In this document: positions 1-8,888 of the stretch, piece by piece
Numbering within the stretch: the stretch's first letter is position 1
Layout of the letters: every line of letters starts with the position of its first letter
Virus record (IMG/VR): IMGVR_UViG_2565956608_000009
DNA: 41,580 nt
Reading direction: 5' to 3' (one strand)
Source: a virus
Lineage: Duplodnaviria > Heunggongvirae > Uroviricota > Caudoviricetes
The notes under the pieces: generated by a model
What the model was told of the DNA's origin: nothing
Database searches by the model: none
What the model saw: the letters and a program-made list of their open reading frames with translations, nothing else
Program-made: the position numbers and the translations under genes

Positions 1-516
1 ATGAAATTTAAAAAATGTCTTCTGCCTGTGGCAATGTTAGCGTCATTCACTCTGGCAGGATGCCAGTCAAATGCTGATGATCATGCCGCCGATGTTTATC
101 AAACCGATCAACTGAATACCAAACAAGAAACTAAAACCGTTAATATTATTTCCATTCTTCCCGCAAAAGTTGCCGTAGACAACGCCCAAAATAAACGGAA
201 CGCACAAGCCTTCGGCGCGCTTATTGGCGCTGTCGCTGGCGGTGTTATCGGCCACAACGTCGGGTCTGGCAGCAATTCCGGAACGACGGCAGGTGCAGTT
301 GGCGGCGGAGCTGTAGGCGCGGCAGCGGGTTCTATGGTGAATGATAAAACCTTAGTGGAAGGTGTTTCTTTAACATATAAGGAAGGCACCAAAGTGTATA
401 CCTCCACCCAGGTGGGTAAAGAGTGCCAGTTTACGACAGGTTTAGCCGTTGTTATTACCACGACGTATAACGAAACGCGTATTCAGCCAAATACCAAATG
501 TCCTGAAAAGAGCTAA
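1..516 (+). CDS. Glycine-zipper outer-membrane lipoprotein (YcfJ/Pcp-like); probable chromosomal flank
   Basis: 171-aa ORF; lipoprotein signal peptide with lipobox LAGC; Gly/Ala-rich GAVAGGVIGHNVG...GGGAVGAAAG glycine-zipper segment; family assigned by motif recognition only. Confidence 0.65.
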   Translation: MKFKKCLLPVAMLASFTLAGCQSNADDHAADVYQTDQLNTKQETKTVNIISILPAKVAVDNAQNKRNAQAFGALIGAVAGGVIGHNVGSGSNSGTTAGAVGGGAVGAAAGSMVNDKTLVEGVSLTYKEGTKVYTSTQVGKECQFTTGLAVVITTTYNETRIQPNTKCPEKS

Positions 517-531
517 TAATCAGGAGGAGTC

Positions 532-1071
532 ATGAAGAAAGTTTTTCTTTGCGCCATCTTAGCCTCCTTAAGCTATCCGGCTATCGCCTCATCATTGCAG
601 GATCAACTCTCGGCTGTCGCAGAAGCGGAACAGCAAGGTAAAAATGAAGAGCAAAGGCAGCATGACGAATGGGTCGCGGAGCGCAACAGGGAAATCCAGC
701 AAGAGAAGCAACGTCGCGCAAACGCCCAGGCCGCGGCTAATAAAAGAGCGGCAACGGCAGCAGCGAATAAGAAAGCTCGTCAGGATAAACTGGACGCCGA
801 AGCCACTGCGGACAAAAAACGCGATCAAAGTTATGAAGATGAGCTACGTAGCTTAGAGATTCAGAAACAAAAACTGGCGCTGGCGAAAGAAGAAGCCCGC
901 GTCAAGCGCGAAAACGAATTTATCGATCAGGAACTGAAGCACAAAGCTGCGCAAACCGATGTGGTGCAATCTGAAGCTGACGCAAACAGAAATATGACTG
1001 AAGGCGGTCGCGATCTGATGAAAAGCGTGGGTAAAGCAGAAGAGAATAAATCAGATAGCTGGTTTAACTAA
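532..1071 (+). CDS. Secreted K/E/A/Q-rich coiled-coil protein, function unknown; probable chromosomal flank
   Basis: 179-aa ORF; N-terminal signal peptide MKKVFLCAILASLSYPAIA; SD AGGAGGAG at 522-529; starts 16 nt after the upstream gene. Confidence 0.6.
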   Translation: MKKVFLCAILASLSYPAIASSLQDQLSAVAEAEQQGKNEEQRQHDEWVAERNREIQQEKQRRANAQAAANKRAATAAANKKARQDKLDAEATADKKRDQSYEDELRSLEIQKQKLALAKEEARVKRENEFIDQELKHKAAQTDVVQSEADANRNMTEGGRDLMKSVGKAEENKSDSWFN

Positions 1072-1109
1072 ACGATGTTAGTAACTTCAAACCTATAATT
1101 CTTTAGGAT

Positions 1110-1143
1110 AAAAAAACCCTCTGTAGTAACAGAGGGTTTTGTT
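1110..1143. terminator. Bidirectional rho-independent terminator
   Basis: A-run, stem CCCTCTG (1117-1123) / CAGAGGG (1130-1136), then TTTTGTT; lies between the chromosomal + strand genes and the minus-strand Rz gene. Confidence 0.6.
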
Positions 1144-1289
1144 CATTCATAGTGCAGGGTCAAATCATTCCCACTCAATTATTTACGACAATCATAACCA
1201 ATTGAGTGATAACATTTTTCCAAAACTTCATTTTTCTAGTACCGTTTTATATACCGTCACCGGAAATCAGTACCATGAAAAATGCCATG

Positions 1290-1772
1290 CTATCTGGTCA
1301 GGGTATCGTATTGTTTTTCGCAGACTCTTCCGGCTTCGGCTGCCCGGTCAGCATACTCTGCCAGTTGTCTGTTTCTCTCGAGAGATTTGCTGAGCACGTC
1401 GGCAAGCAAAACTCCGGTGTCTGCGGCTGACGTCCCAGCGCCGACAATGGCGTTATACTGCCTGAGCTGCTCACGGATGGCAAAGAGTTGTTGCTGCAAC
1501 CGGCCAGCGCGAGCGGCAGCATCAAGAGCATCATTGCGCGCCTGGTCGATCCTCTGCTGCGCTTCACGTTCATTGATCGATTTCTCCTGTTCGTAGTGCT
1601 GACGAACTATCTCATCTTCAGCTTTGCGGTCTTCCTTCGCCTGCGCATACCCGGCATCGTACTGACGACTGCCGTGTGCATTCCAGGCTACAACTCCTGA
1701 TATGACCAGAACAGCAAGCATCGCCATGATAACCAACTGTTTCCAGTATGCTTTTGCGAATGCCCAGATCAT
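1290..1772 (-). CDS. Rz-like i-spanin
   Basis: 160 aa; N-terminal TM helix then coiled-coil periplasmic domain; immediately downstream of endolysin; contains an embedded lipoprotein ORF in another frame. Confidence 0.7.
   Translation of the reverse strand: MIWAFAKAYWKQLVIMAMLAVLVISGVVAWNAHGSRQYDAGYAQAKEDRKAEDEIVRQHYEQEKSINEREAQQRIDQARNDALDAAARAGRLQQQLFAIREQLRQYNAIVGAGTSAADTGVLLADVLSKSLERNRQLAEYADRAAEAGRVCEKQYDTLTR
1298..1534 (-). CDS. Rz1-like o-spanin lipoprotein embedded in Rz
   Basis: Start at tandem ATG (1529-1534); signal [13 protein letters not shown] with lipobox; Pro-rich mature part; wholly inside the Rz reading frame in a different frame. Confidence 0.55.
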   Translation of the reverse strand: MMLLMLPLALAGCSNNSLPSVSSSGSITPLSALGRQPQTPEFCLPTCSANLSRETDNWQSMLTGQPKPEESAKNNTIP

Positions 1773-2398
1773 ACCGCCAGCACCTTACTGGCAGTGATGT
1801 ATCGCGCGCGCCGGTCATCAATGCCGTTCCGGCCACCATTGATAAGCAGAGTTACACGTGCAATATCTCCGGTATACTTCATGCAACCTTTGCTGGAGAA
1901 GAACCACGCCGCGCTACGAGCCGCGTATTCGTCCTGCGCCAACAGTTCAGGATTCTCCAGCAGGTCAACTTTCAGACCGTTTCCACAGTCACGATAGTTA
2001 TTCAAACCGGTAATCTGGATAAGCCCGCGCCCACGGTAATTCCAGCCATCACCAGGGGCATTGTTCCCCATGCGTTTGCTGTACACCAGATTGGCGATCG
2101 CTCGCTGGCGCTCGAGTGGCAATGGTGGCTCACCAGCACGGCGACCAAGTGCATTAGCCTGCCCCTGAGTGAGACGCCCAGCCCGAACGAAGTTAGCCAG
2201 TCCGCTGACGCTGTAGTTGAAATTCTCCTGCAACCGGGTGAAGCCCCCAGACTCATGCCCGACTTGAGCAATAAACATTGCCTGATCTTCTGCTTTGCTG
2301 ATACCAAACTCTTTCATCGCAGAAGTTATATGCGAGAACCAGCGTGCGGCCAGCGCCTCGCTAATACCAGCAGCTCGCTGGAATTGTTTAATCTCCAT
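1769..2398 (-). CDS. Endolysin, glycoside hydrolase family 19-like
   Basis: Start at ATG 2396-2398 with SD GAGGT 7 nt upstream (ORF track extends to 2629); motif QVGHESGGF...ENFNYS characteristic of GH19-type phage lysozymes. Confidence 0.85.
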   Translation of the reverse strand: MEIKQFQRAAGISEALAARWFSHITSAMKEFGISKAEDQAMFIAQVGHESGGFTRLQENFNYSVSGLANFVRAGRLTQGQANALGRRAGEPPLPLERQRAIANLVYSKRMGNNAPGDGWNYRGRGLIQITGLNNYRDCGNGLKVDLLENPELLAQDEYAARSAAWFFSSKGCMKYTGDIARVTLLINGGRNGIDDRRARYITASKVLAV

Positions 2399-2696
2399 GT
2401 TTAGACCTCGATATTTTGAAAATCTGAACAACGTTACCGCGTGTTTTAATAACCGCGGCAAGCATGACAGCGTTGATAATGACCTCAGATAAATCCACAG
2501 CCATTGGCGTGCGTAACCAGATTGCATAGACGACACGAACAGGAATACTGGCCGCAGCAACAATAAGGAAATAAGCAAGCCACCCTCCCCATCTTCGATG
2601 TTGAGAGCCGTTACGCCGGAATGTGACAACGCGAATTGCTATGCCAGTACAAATAACTGCATTGGTGATAAGCAAAAAAAACTCATGCGTTACCAT
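2388..2696 (-). CDS. Small membrane protein of lysis cassette (holin/antiholin-like)
   Basis: 102 aa, 2-3 predicted TM helices; ATG 2694-2696 preceded by SD GGGGAG; overlaps the endolysin start. Confidence 0.45.
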   Translation of the reverse strand: MVTHEFFLLITNAVICTGIAIRVVTFRRNGSQHRRWGGWLAYFLIVAAASIPVRVVYAIWLRTPMAVDLSEVIINAVMLAAVIKTRGNVVQIFKISRSKHGD

Positions 2697-3087
2697 CGTC
2701 TTTTCTCCCCGGAATTAAATCGCGTGGATTGTCTGAACGGTGGTAGAGCCATATACCAATACGCACAGCGACAATTGCTGACACGAATGCGCCAGCAGAG
2801 AAAACAATCCCTTTTTCAAAAGAGTCCTGCGTGATGGTAGGGATCAGGCTGGCTATGCCGATAAGAATTGATGCTGCTGGTTTGTAGAAAAGAAGTCCGC
2901 AGAGAAAGCTAAGCATCGATAAGAGTACGCGACGATGAATTGGGTACTCTACCGCAGAGGTAACAAAAATTACCGCACCAGCCAAAGACCCTAAAGCAAC
3001 CTCAGGAGGAACTCCTGCTATAACCGCAGCAAGAGAACTCATACTAAGCCATTGATTTAAAGATTCGCTGGTTAGCTGAACTGACAT
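2683..3087 (-). CDS. Holin-like 4-TM membrane protein (GtrA-like flippase not excluded)
   Basis: Likely start ATG 3085-3087 with SD GGTGG; ORF track starts at GTG 3096 giving MVFM, a possible dual-start motif; four hydrophobic segments; first gene of the lysis cassette. Confidence 0.5.
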   Translation of the reverse strand: MSVQLTSESLNQWLSMSSLAAVIAGVPPEVALGSLAGAVIFVTSAVEYPIHRRVLLSMLSFLCGLLFYKPAASILIGIASLIPTITQDSFEKGIVFSAGAFVSAIVAVRIGIWLYHRSDNPRDLIPGRKDDGNA

Positions 3088-3190
3088 AAAGACCACCGTT
3101 TAATGTGCATGAAGCCCCACTTAGTTAGTGAAATAACACACATATTAAACCATATATGAATCACATTTAAACGGATAACTCTTCACGAAA

Positions 3191-3205
3191 TTACCCTATA
3201 GGTGA
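3191..3205. promoter_or_regulatory. Operator-like palindrome TTACC-ctata-GGTGA upstream of the acetyltransferase gene
   Basis: One mismatch to TTACC-N5-GGTAA; 37 nt upstream of ATG 3242 in the divergent holin/acetyltransferase intergenic region. Confidence 0.4.
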
Positions 3206-3241
3206 TATCATTGGGTTATCCTATTCAAAACGATAGCAATT

Positions 3242-5182
3242 ATGTCTTATTTAAAATACAGAACAGATATTGATGGGCTGCGAGCTATTGCGGTTTTGCT
3301 GGTCGTGCTGTACCACGCAAACTTTCCTATTCATGGTGGTTTTATTGGTGTAGATGTTTTTTTCGTCATATCAGGATATCTCATTACCAACATCATATAT
3401 AAAGAGACTAAAAGAAATATTTTTTCATTCCTTAATTTTTACAAACGTCGAATAAAGCGATTGCTCCCAGCTTTTGCTTTTCTTCTTTTATTTTTATTTG
3501 TTTACTGCAAATTATATTTGATGCCAGATGAACTTATATCATTCTCTAAAAGTGCGGTATACGCTCTTCTTGGCATAAGCAATTTCTATTTTTTTAGTAG
3601 CACAGGTTACTTTAACTCAACCTCTTATGAACCGCTTTTACACACATGGTCGCTTTCCGTTGAAGAGCAGTTCTACATTGTATGGCCTTTCATCGTTTTC
3701 ATGCTCGTTCGGAACTCAGGGACAAAAAAAGCAATAATAATATCCTCATTACTATTTATTGTATTCCTTGGTATTTCACAGTATGGAGCGGTTAATTATA
3801 AAACAGCAGCGTATCTCCTACTGCCTTTTAGGTTCTTTGAGTTGCTCTCAGGTGCCCTACTTGCTATCTATAAAGATTCAATAACAAAACATCTGCGCCA
3901 CGGTTCTGTAATTTCACTGGTCGGCGTAATGCTGATTGTGTTGAGTTCATTATTTATAAATTCTAACACGCCATTTCCTGGGTTCACTGTTTTGCCTACA
4001 TGTTTAGGCGCTGTAATGCTTATTGCTGCAGGTGACTCATCCAAAAACTTCATTTCTAAAGTGCTGTCTTTAACTCCAGTTGTTTATGTAGGAAGAATTT
4101 CCTACTCTCTTTATTTATGGCACTGGCCTGTACTGATTCTTGCTGAATACAGGGGTATCGATCTTACGGCCTTAAATGCGACGGCGCTCATACTTATCGC
4201 ATTCATCATGGCAAGCATAAGCTATCACTTCGTTGAAAAGCCATTTAGGAAGGATTCGCTGCAATATTTCAGGACTGCATTTATAACCATCTACTTGATA
4301 CCATTAATAGTATCCGCTGCCTATGCAGCGTACATTTTAAAAAATGATGGTTTTCGCGCCAAAAGTTCAGAGTTAGTATCTGAATTAGAAGAGAGAAACG
4401 CGACAAATATTATGCGCCCACAGTGTATTGATAAATTATTTATCGGTAATGTAAATGACTGTCATCTTGGCGTTAATAAAGGCGAAGTAGATGGCGTGCT
4501 TCTTGGTGACTCCTTTGGTAATGCATATGCTTACTTTATTGATGAACTTGCGAAAGATGCTGGAATATCAATAACAGATACTACATATAGCTCAACACCT
4601 GTAATATCAGGAATTTATGTGCAGGATATCAGAAATAAGATATCTGACATAGATGCTAACCTGATAATGACATATACAAAAAACAGGCTGGAGTATGCAG
4701 CAAAACAAAAGTTCGCGATAATTTCCGTTTTTTGGGATCAGTACGGGCCACAAAATAATTACTTCCGTATCTTCGATAAAAACGGTGACGTATCGGAGAA
4801 TGCTTACCAGTTGCAATCTGAAGCAATAAAATATCTGCTGTCCAATGGCGTGAAAGTTTACATCATTGCAAGACCTTACCAGTCTATTGGCCCTGCTGCG
4901 ATAAACAAACTGCGCCAAATTAAGCTACGGCATGGGGATGTAACAACTGAAAAATATGAATACGGCGTAAAGAAAGATGATCGGATAGAATACAAGTTAA
5001 AGCAGGAGTTCCCTCAGATAACGCTAATCGATCCTAACGATGTACTTTGCCACAAAGGGGAATGTGATGCCATCGTGGATGGGAAGATCATTTTCAGAAC
5101 TGATGGTTCACACCTGAATGCTGTTGGAGCAAAAAAAATCGGGGAAGAGTATTTGAAAAACTACGCAAACCCATTTCGATAA
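3242..5182 (+). CDS. O-antigen acetyltransferase (acyltransferase-3 membrane domain plus C-terminal SGNH-like domain)
   Basis: 646 aa; N-terminus DGLRAIAVLLVVLYH...GGFIGVDVFFVISGYLIT typical of acyltransferase family 3 (OafA/Oac type); about 10 TM helices then a soluble domain; AT-rich relative to neighbours. Confidence 0.85.
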   Translation: MSYLKYRTDIDGLRAIAVLLVVLYHANFPIHGGFIGVDVFFVISGYLITNIIYKETKRNIFSFLNFYKRRIKRLLPAFAFLLLFLFVYCKLYLMPDELISFSKSAVYALLGISNFYFFSSTGYFNSTSYEPLLHTWSLSVEEQFYIVWPFIVFMLVRNSGTKKAIIISSLLFIVFLGISQYGAVNYKTAAYLLLPFRFFELLSGALLAIYKDSITKHLRHGSVISLVGVMLIVLSSLFINSNTPFPGFTVLPTCLGAVMLIAAGDSSKNFISKVLSLTPVVYVGRISYSLYLWHWPVLILAEYRGIDLTALNATALILIAFIMASISYHFVEKPFRKDSLQYFRTAFITIYLIPLIVSAAYAAYILKNDGFRAKSSELVSELEERNATNIMRPQCIDKLFIGNVNDCHLGVNKGEVDGVLLGDSFGNAYAYFIDELAKDAGISITDTTYSSTPVISGIYVQDIRNKISDIDANLIMTYTKNRLEYAAKQKFAIISVFWDQYGPQNNYFRIFDKNGDVSENAYQLQSEAIKYLLSNGVKVYIIARPYQSIGPAAINKLRQIKLRHGDVTTEKYEYGVKKDDRIEYKLKQEFPQITLIDPNDVLCHKGECDAIVDGKIIFRTDGSHLNAVGAKKIGEEYLKNYANPFR

Positions 5183-5212
5183 GGAGTGCGCCTCGCGGCG
5201 CACATGCCTAAA

Positions 5213-7444
5213 TTAAGACTTCTTAAGGTACGACCATGTAACAGTGGTCGTACCGCTGCTGGTAATAGATATATCCCTTTCTGATACGCTTGCTGTGAGG
5301 AACACCGCAGTCTTCAGCGGCTGGATCATTGCTGTCGTACCATCATAAATTACCAGGAATGAAATCGCGTAGTTTGCACCTCCGCCAGAAACCCACACGT
5401 TAACATCATAAACTCCCTCAGAGTTTGGCAAAGTAAAGAGCACGGACGCTACGTTAGCGTTGACCGATTTAGTACCATTGTCGGTATAGACCGTGGGCAC
5501 CTGAAGCCCATTGGCATTTTTATTTTCTACATACCCACCAGCAATAACGCCTGACGTGATGCAGTTCGTGTAGTTAACGTTGCCGGTGCTCACAGTAGAG
5601 ATGGTTGGAGTTCCTCCGGCCGGAGCCTGGAACCGGCAGTTATCTGCATCAACCTGCGAGGTTACATCTGTGTGGATGAATGATGGATAGCCGGCCATTC
5701 CTTCAAAAGCGATCGGCGTACCATCGAAGCTATCTTTGCAGTTCAGCATCTTCACGCGAGATCCATTTATCGCGCGGTAAAAATCAACGATACCATTAGA
5801 ACCACCGAAAGATGTTTTCAACTTGTTGCCAGAACCAACTGCCCCGACTATCGAAACGGTTGAATTATCGAATGTCATAAACGCCACCTCAAGTGCTGAG
5901 TTGTTGTTTATAACGTTCGCCTCACCATCAAAACCGGAGATAAGAAATCCGTGACAATTCGAAAGGTAAATAGCAGACTGACCGATAGACGCGTTGGAGT
6001 TTACTGTCATCTTATCTGCTGCGCAGTTCGTCATCTGCCCTGAAAGGAGGTTTGTTAAATACCACGCGCATACGCCACCCATTACATAGCAGGACTCATA
6101 ATGGATCGTCGTGCCGGTGTTTTTGTAGAAACCACCGCGACTGCGACGCACCCATACATGCTCAAGCCTAGACATATAATTTCCAGAGTCGTCATATACT
6201 CCCCACCATGCCCCATCTATATCGACGTTTTTAATCCTTATCAAACCCGGCGATGTCTCACCACCATTTATAAGAATGCCAATTTTACCGTCGTTTGTGG
6301 CAGCATCTGTTGGATAGTCAATTCCATTCTGATCATAGAAAATATATAAATTCTCAATATTTCCTGAAGCAAAAGACTCTCCATAATGTAAGCACGCTTT
6401 ATTTCCAATTACGGAAATAAAAGTCCCTGATCTATTTATTATGTTATTACACTCACCGTATACAGTTGCAGATGTATTCATCTTAATAGTGTCATTAACA
6501 AAATATGCATTTCCACCTGGAATAAACACATTTCGTCCAGTGTTAATAGCTGCCTGTATTCCTGCGTAGTCAAAAGACTGGGTAAGCGATGTCACAAATG
6601 GATATACCATTTGTGCTGCTGTCAATGTTGAAAACACTTCGCTTAACTGATGAAGTTTTCCATCGCCTGTAGCACCAAAATCTTTTGCACTAATAAAATC
6701 GCTGTTTTTATCATGCTGTGTACGAATAAATGAACTAATGAAAGGTTGCTTCACCGAGATCAGAGCATCGCCTTTCCCGTCCTCGCCGCTGGCCAACTGG
6801 TTGAATACGTCAGCCGCCGTTCCTGAAGGCACAGGGAACGGAACGGGCTTACCGTTGGCGATGCCGATTATGCTTCCTTCAAGTTGAGCGAGAGGTGGCA
6901 GCGGATCGATATAAGAATCAGGAACACGGATTGTATGGTCGATATTCGATAAAACCGTACTGTCCACATAATTCTTTGTGGATGCATCCTGCGGGTTTAC
7001 CGGGTCTTTCAGGTTTCGAATATAGTTGTTCAGCGCGTTATAATAATTTGCCACGAATGACGGCTTGCGCAGCGCCAAGCTAAACCAACTTCGAACCTGC
7101 TGGATCAGCATCGTTAGCTTATCAAAAGCATCCTCATGCACTTCTGCAAAGAACTTCCCCTGATTACGCAAATCAGTTTCCTGCGTAACCGGGAGCTCTC
7201 GTGATATAGAAATCTGGTAACCGTTAGCTAACGCCTTCGACAGAATTACATTACCGCCGTTATATCCACCAGCCCCAGTGACAGTGTAATCAGTATCCAG
7301 AGCCAGCACAGCGATATTTTCGTCAAGGTCAACCACCTGCACTACCAGATCAGATTCCTTGAAAACCCTAAAGGTATAAGGGAATGAAGTCGTAACGCCA
7401 TTGCCTGTGTATTCGTTGTGGTCAACTTCGGTTGAGACCGTCAT
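5213..7444 (-). CDS. Tailspike / tail fibre protein
   Basis: 743 aa; N-terminus NEYTGNGVTTSFPYTF resembles the conserved particle-binding domain of podovirus tail fibres and spikes; long beta-rich repetitive body; SD GGAG before ATG 7442-7444. Confidence 0.8.
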   Translation of the reverse strand: MTVSTEVDHNEYTGNGVTTSFPYTFRVFKESDLVVQVVDLDENIAVLALDTDYTVTGAGGYNGGNVILSKALANGYQISISRELPVTQETDLRNQGKFFAEVHEDAFDKLTMLIQQVRSWFSLALRKPSFVANYYNALNNYIRNLKDPVNPQDASTKNYVDSTVLSNIDHTIRVPDSYIDPLPPLAQLEGSIIGIANGKPVPFPVPSGTAADVFNQLASGEDGKGDALISVKQPFISSFIRTQHDKNSDFISAKDFGATGDGKLHQLSEVFSTLTAAQMVYPFVTSLTQSFDYAGIQAAINTGRNVFIPGGNAYFVNDTIKMNTSATVYGECNNIINRSGTFISVIGNKACLHYGESFASGNIENLYIFYDQNGIDYPTDAATNDGKIGILINGGETSPGLIRIKNVDIDGAWWGVYDDSGNYMSRLEHVWVRRSRGGFYKNTGTTIHYESCYVMGGVCAWYLTNLLSGQMTNCAADKMTVNSNASIGQSAIYLSNCHGFLISGFDGEANVINNNSALEVAFMTFDNSTVSIVGAVGSGNKLKTSFGGSNGIVDFYRAINGSRVKMLNCKDSFDGTPIAFEGMAGYPSFIHTDVTSQVDADNCRFQAPAGGTPTISTVSTGNVNYTNCITSGVIAGGYVENKNANGLQVPTVYTDNGTKSVNANVASVLFTLPNSEGVYDVNVWVSGGGANYAISFLVIYDGTTAMIQPLKTAVFLTASVSERDISITSSGTTTVTWSYLKKS

Positions 7445-7548
7445 GTTAAATCTCCAGATAGTCGCAGCACCCGTTGCGCCGCATATCTGGTTATTCTATT
7501 ACCTGAAAAACCATATATGGATGGAAAGAGTGTTAATGTGAGCAGATA

Positions 7549-7563
7549 TTACCTTTCAGGTGA
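7549..7563. promoter_or_regulatory. Operator-like palindrome TTACC-tttca-GGTGA
   Basis: One mismatch to the recurring TTACC-N5-GGTAA motif; intergenic between tailspike start and the 7640 gene. Confidence 0.4.
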
Positions 7564-7600
7564 TTCGCAAAACGTGCTGGATAGCAAACAAATTATTTGC

Positions 7601-7620
7601 TACTGTATAAACATACAGTT
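7601..7620. promoter_or_regulatory. LexA (SOS) box
   Basis: TACTGTATAAACATACAGTT: CTGT-N8-ACAG with the flanking TA of the consensus TACTGT(AT)4ACAGTA; 20 nt upstream of ATG 7640. Confidence 0.65.
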
Positions 7621-7639
7621 ATTGCATGGAGAAGATAAG

Positions 7640-7897
7640 ATGCAGCAGTATCACTATCCACTGGAAGAGGGATTTACCGAAAGGATTCACACGCCGGGAG
7701 GCGTCAGGTCACTGGTGGAAGGATCGCACTTGATGAAATTACTCCGGGATCTCGATAAGGATGGATTTAATGTCGATGGCCCACTTGCCGAACTGACTGC
7801 ACTGATTAACTACGTCACCAGCTCACAGATGTCTATGCAGGATCTGCAAACACATCTCGACTATTGTGCCGAACAACTACGAAAACAAACCACATAA
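7640..7897 (+). CDS. Small antirepressor-like protein (standalone homologue of the C-terminal domain of the Bro-N antirepressor at 9045-9755)
   Basis: 85 aa from ATG 7640 (SD GGAGAAG at 7628-7634); ORF track start 7517 would span the LexA box; clear similarity to the C-terminus of the 9045 protein (LMKLLRDLDKDGFNVDGPLAELT / LMNLLNQLQDDGHDVSGAAAELT; DLQTHLDY / DIQTHAEY). Confidence 0.55.
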   Translation: MQQYHYPLEEGFTERIHTPGGVRSLVEGSHLMKLLRDLDKDGFNVDGPLAELTALINYVTSSQMSMQDLQTHLDYCAEQLRKQTT

Positions 7898-7903
7898 AGA
7901 AAA

Positions 7904-7919
7904 GGCCGCAAGAGCGGCC
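7904..7919. terminator. Bidirectional terminator hairpin between convergent genes
   Basis: GGCCGC-aaga-GCGGCC; T-rich on the minus side, moderately T-rich on the plus side. Confidence 0.55.
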
Positions 7920-8647
7920 TATCGTTTCGCTTTGTGCTCGTCCCAGCACGTTTTGCACCATGCCATTAAGCCATCCGCATTTTGATTATTAGGGTAAAAG
8001 CTGGTTCGTTTTCTGCGGACATTACAAATTGGGCACCACTTCATATGACGTGTATTCTTTGGGCCATCTAGACACCTTGCACACCACTTAGTCAATCCAT
8101 CTGGATTTTTTGACGATTTCCTGAATTTTTCATATGGAAGGTTTATTCTGCATCGCAAACACTGCTTGCGGGCACTTGAAACTTCGTTAGCTGATTCTTC
8201 TTTTGACGGCGATACAGAAGGTATTCTTGCTGGCTCTGATACTGCCTGAGGTGCTTTTTTAGGTGACTGAGACGATACGTCATCACCAGGGAATCTTCCA
8301 TGATATGCCGGACACGTTGACACTCCAGGTGGAAGCTCTGCTGTAAATGGCTTTGGCTGAATCAGTTGCCTCTCTTTTGCTAACTCCTGCTGTTTATAAT
8401 ATGTCTGGATTACCGCGCTATCATAAGCAGGAGGTACGGAAATATTAGGCGCATTATCTCCCGTTTTTTGAAACTGAGTGGAGGTGTGTTCTATCACCTG
8501 TGTACGATTAATCGTTATCTCCCCATCTTCAGTCTTTATCGTTTTGTTACGATTAACGACCGTACGATCAGAGATCTTAGTCTTGTTCTGGTGAAGGACA
8601 TAAATAATCACCGCAACCACACCAACAACTATCCAGAAAACTTCCAT
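7919..8647 (-). CDS. Membrane-anchored protein with C-terminal double zinc-ribbon (four CxxC pairs), function unknown
   Basis: 242 aa; one N-terminal TM helix (FWIVVGVVAVIIYVL) followed by basic residues; C-terminus CLRC...CARC...CPIC...CKTC; SD GAGGAA before ATG 8645-8647. Confidence 0.6.
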   Translation of the reverse strand: MEVFWIVVGVVAVIIYVLHQNKTKISDRTVVNRNKTIKTEDGEITINRTQVIEHTSTQFQKTGDNAPNISVPPAYDSAVIQTYYKQQELAKERQLIQPKPFTAELPPGVSTCPAYHGRFPGDDVSSQSPKKAPQAVSEPARIPSVSPSKEESANEVSSARKQCLRCRINLPYEKFRKSSKNPDGLTKWCARCLDGPKNTRHMKWCPICNVRRKRTSFYPNNQNADGLMAWCKTCWDEHKAKR

Positions 8648-8667
8648 TGCTTTTCCTCACAATAACA

Positions 8668-8682
8668 TTACCTTAAAGGTAA
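8668..8682. promoter_or_regulatory. Operator palindrome TTACC-ttaaa-GGTAA
   Basis: Perfect copy; 21 nt upstream of the start codon of the minus-strand gene 7919-8647. Confidence 0.55.
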
Positions 8683-8760
8683 TATCTTGCTTTCAGGTGA
8701 TCAAGCGTTAAACGCCACCAACCAAATACGGTTGATTTTTATATTTCTCCGCGTTTATCA

Positions 8761-8775
8761 TTACCTTTGCGGTAA
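8761..8775. promoter_or_regulatory. Operator palindrome TTACC-tttgc-GGTAA
   Basis: Perfect copy at the head of the long leader upstream of the Bro-N antirepressor gene. Confidence 0.55.
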
Positions 8776-8810
8776 ATTTACATCGCACTCCTCTTGTGCC
8801 ATAGTAATCG

Positions 8811-8888
8811 GGCACTGGCAAAATCCAGTGCCGGGATTGGCGTCCCGGGTTACTAAGTGGCGCATACCACGCCAGACGTGGTTTTTTT
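8811..8888 (+). ncRNA. Structured leader / candidate small RNA or attenuator ending in an intrinsic terminator
   Basis: Three consecutive hairpins (GCACTGG/CCAGTGC 8812-8831; CCGGGA/TCCCGG 8831-8848; CCACG/CGTGG 8867-8881) followed by T7 run 8882-8888; located between operator 8761-8775 and the antirepressor SD at 9032. Confidence 0.35.

Noticed and set aside
1139-1596. Plus-strand ORFs 1139-1393, 1206-1430 and 1282-1596 at the left junction
   Set aside because: They overlap the terminator and the Rz/Rz1 genes on the opposite strand; Ser/Cys/Arg-rich translations with no start context.
2683-3087. Calling the 4-TM protein next to the acetyltransferase a GtrA-type flippase
   Set aside because: It heads the minus-strand lysis cassette, is divergent from the acetyltransferase gene and shows a holin-like dual start; GtrA is kept only as an alternative.
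7517-7639. N-terminal extension of the small antirepressor-like ORF from ATG 7517
   Set aside because: It would read through the operator-like site and the LexA box and lacks an SD; ATG 7640 has a good SD and begins where similarity to the Bro-N antirepressor C-domain starts.
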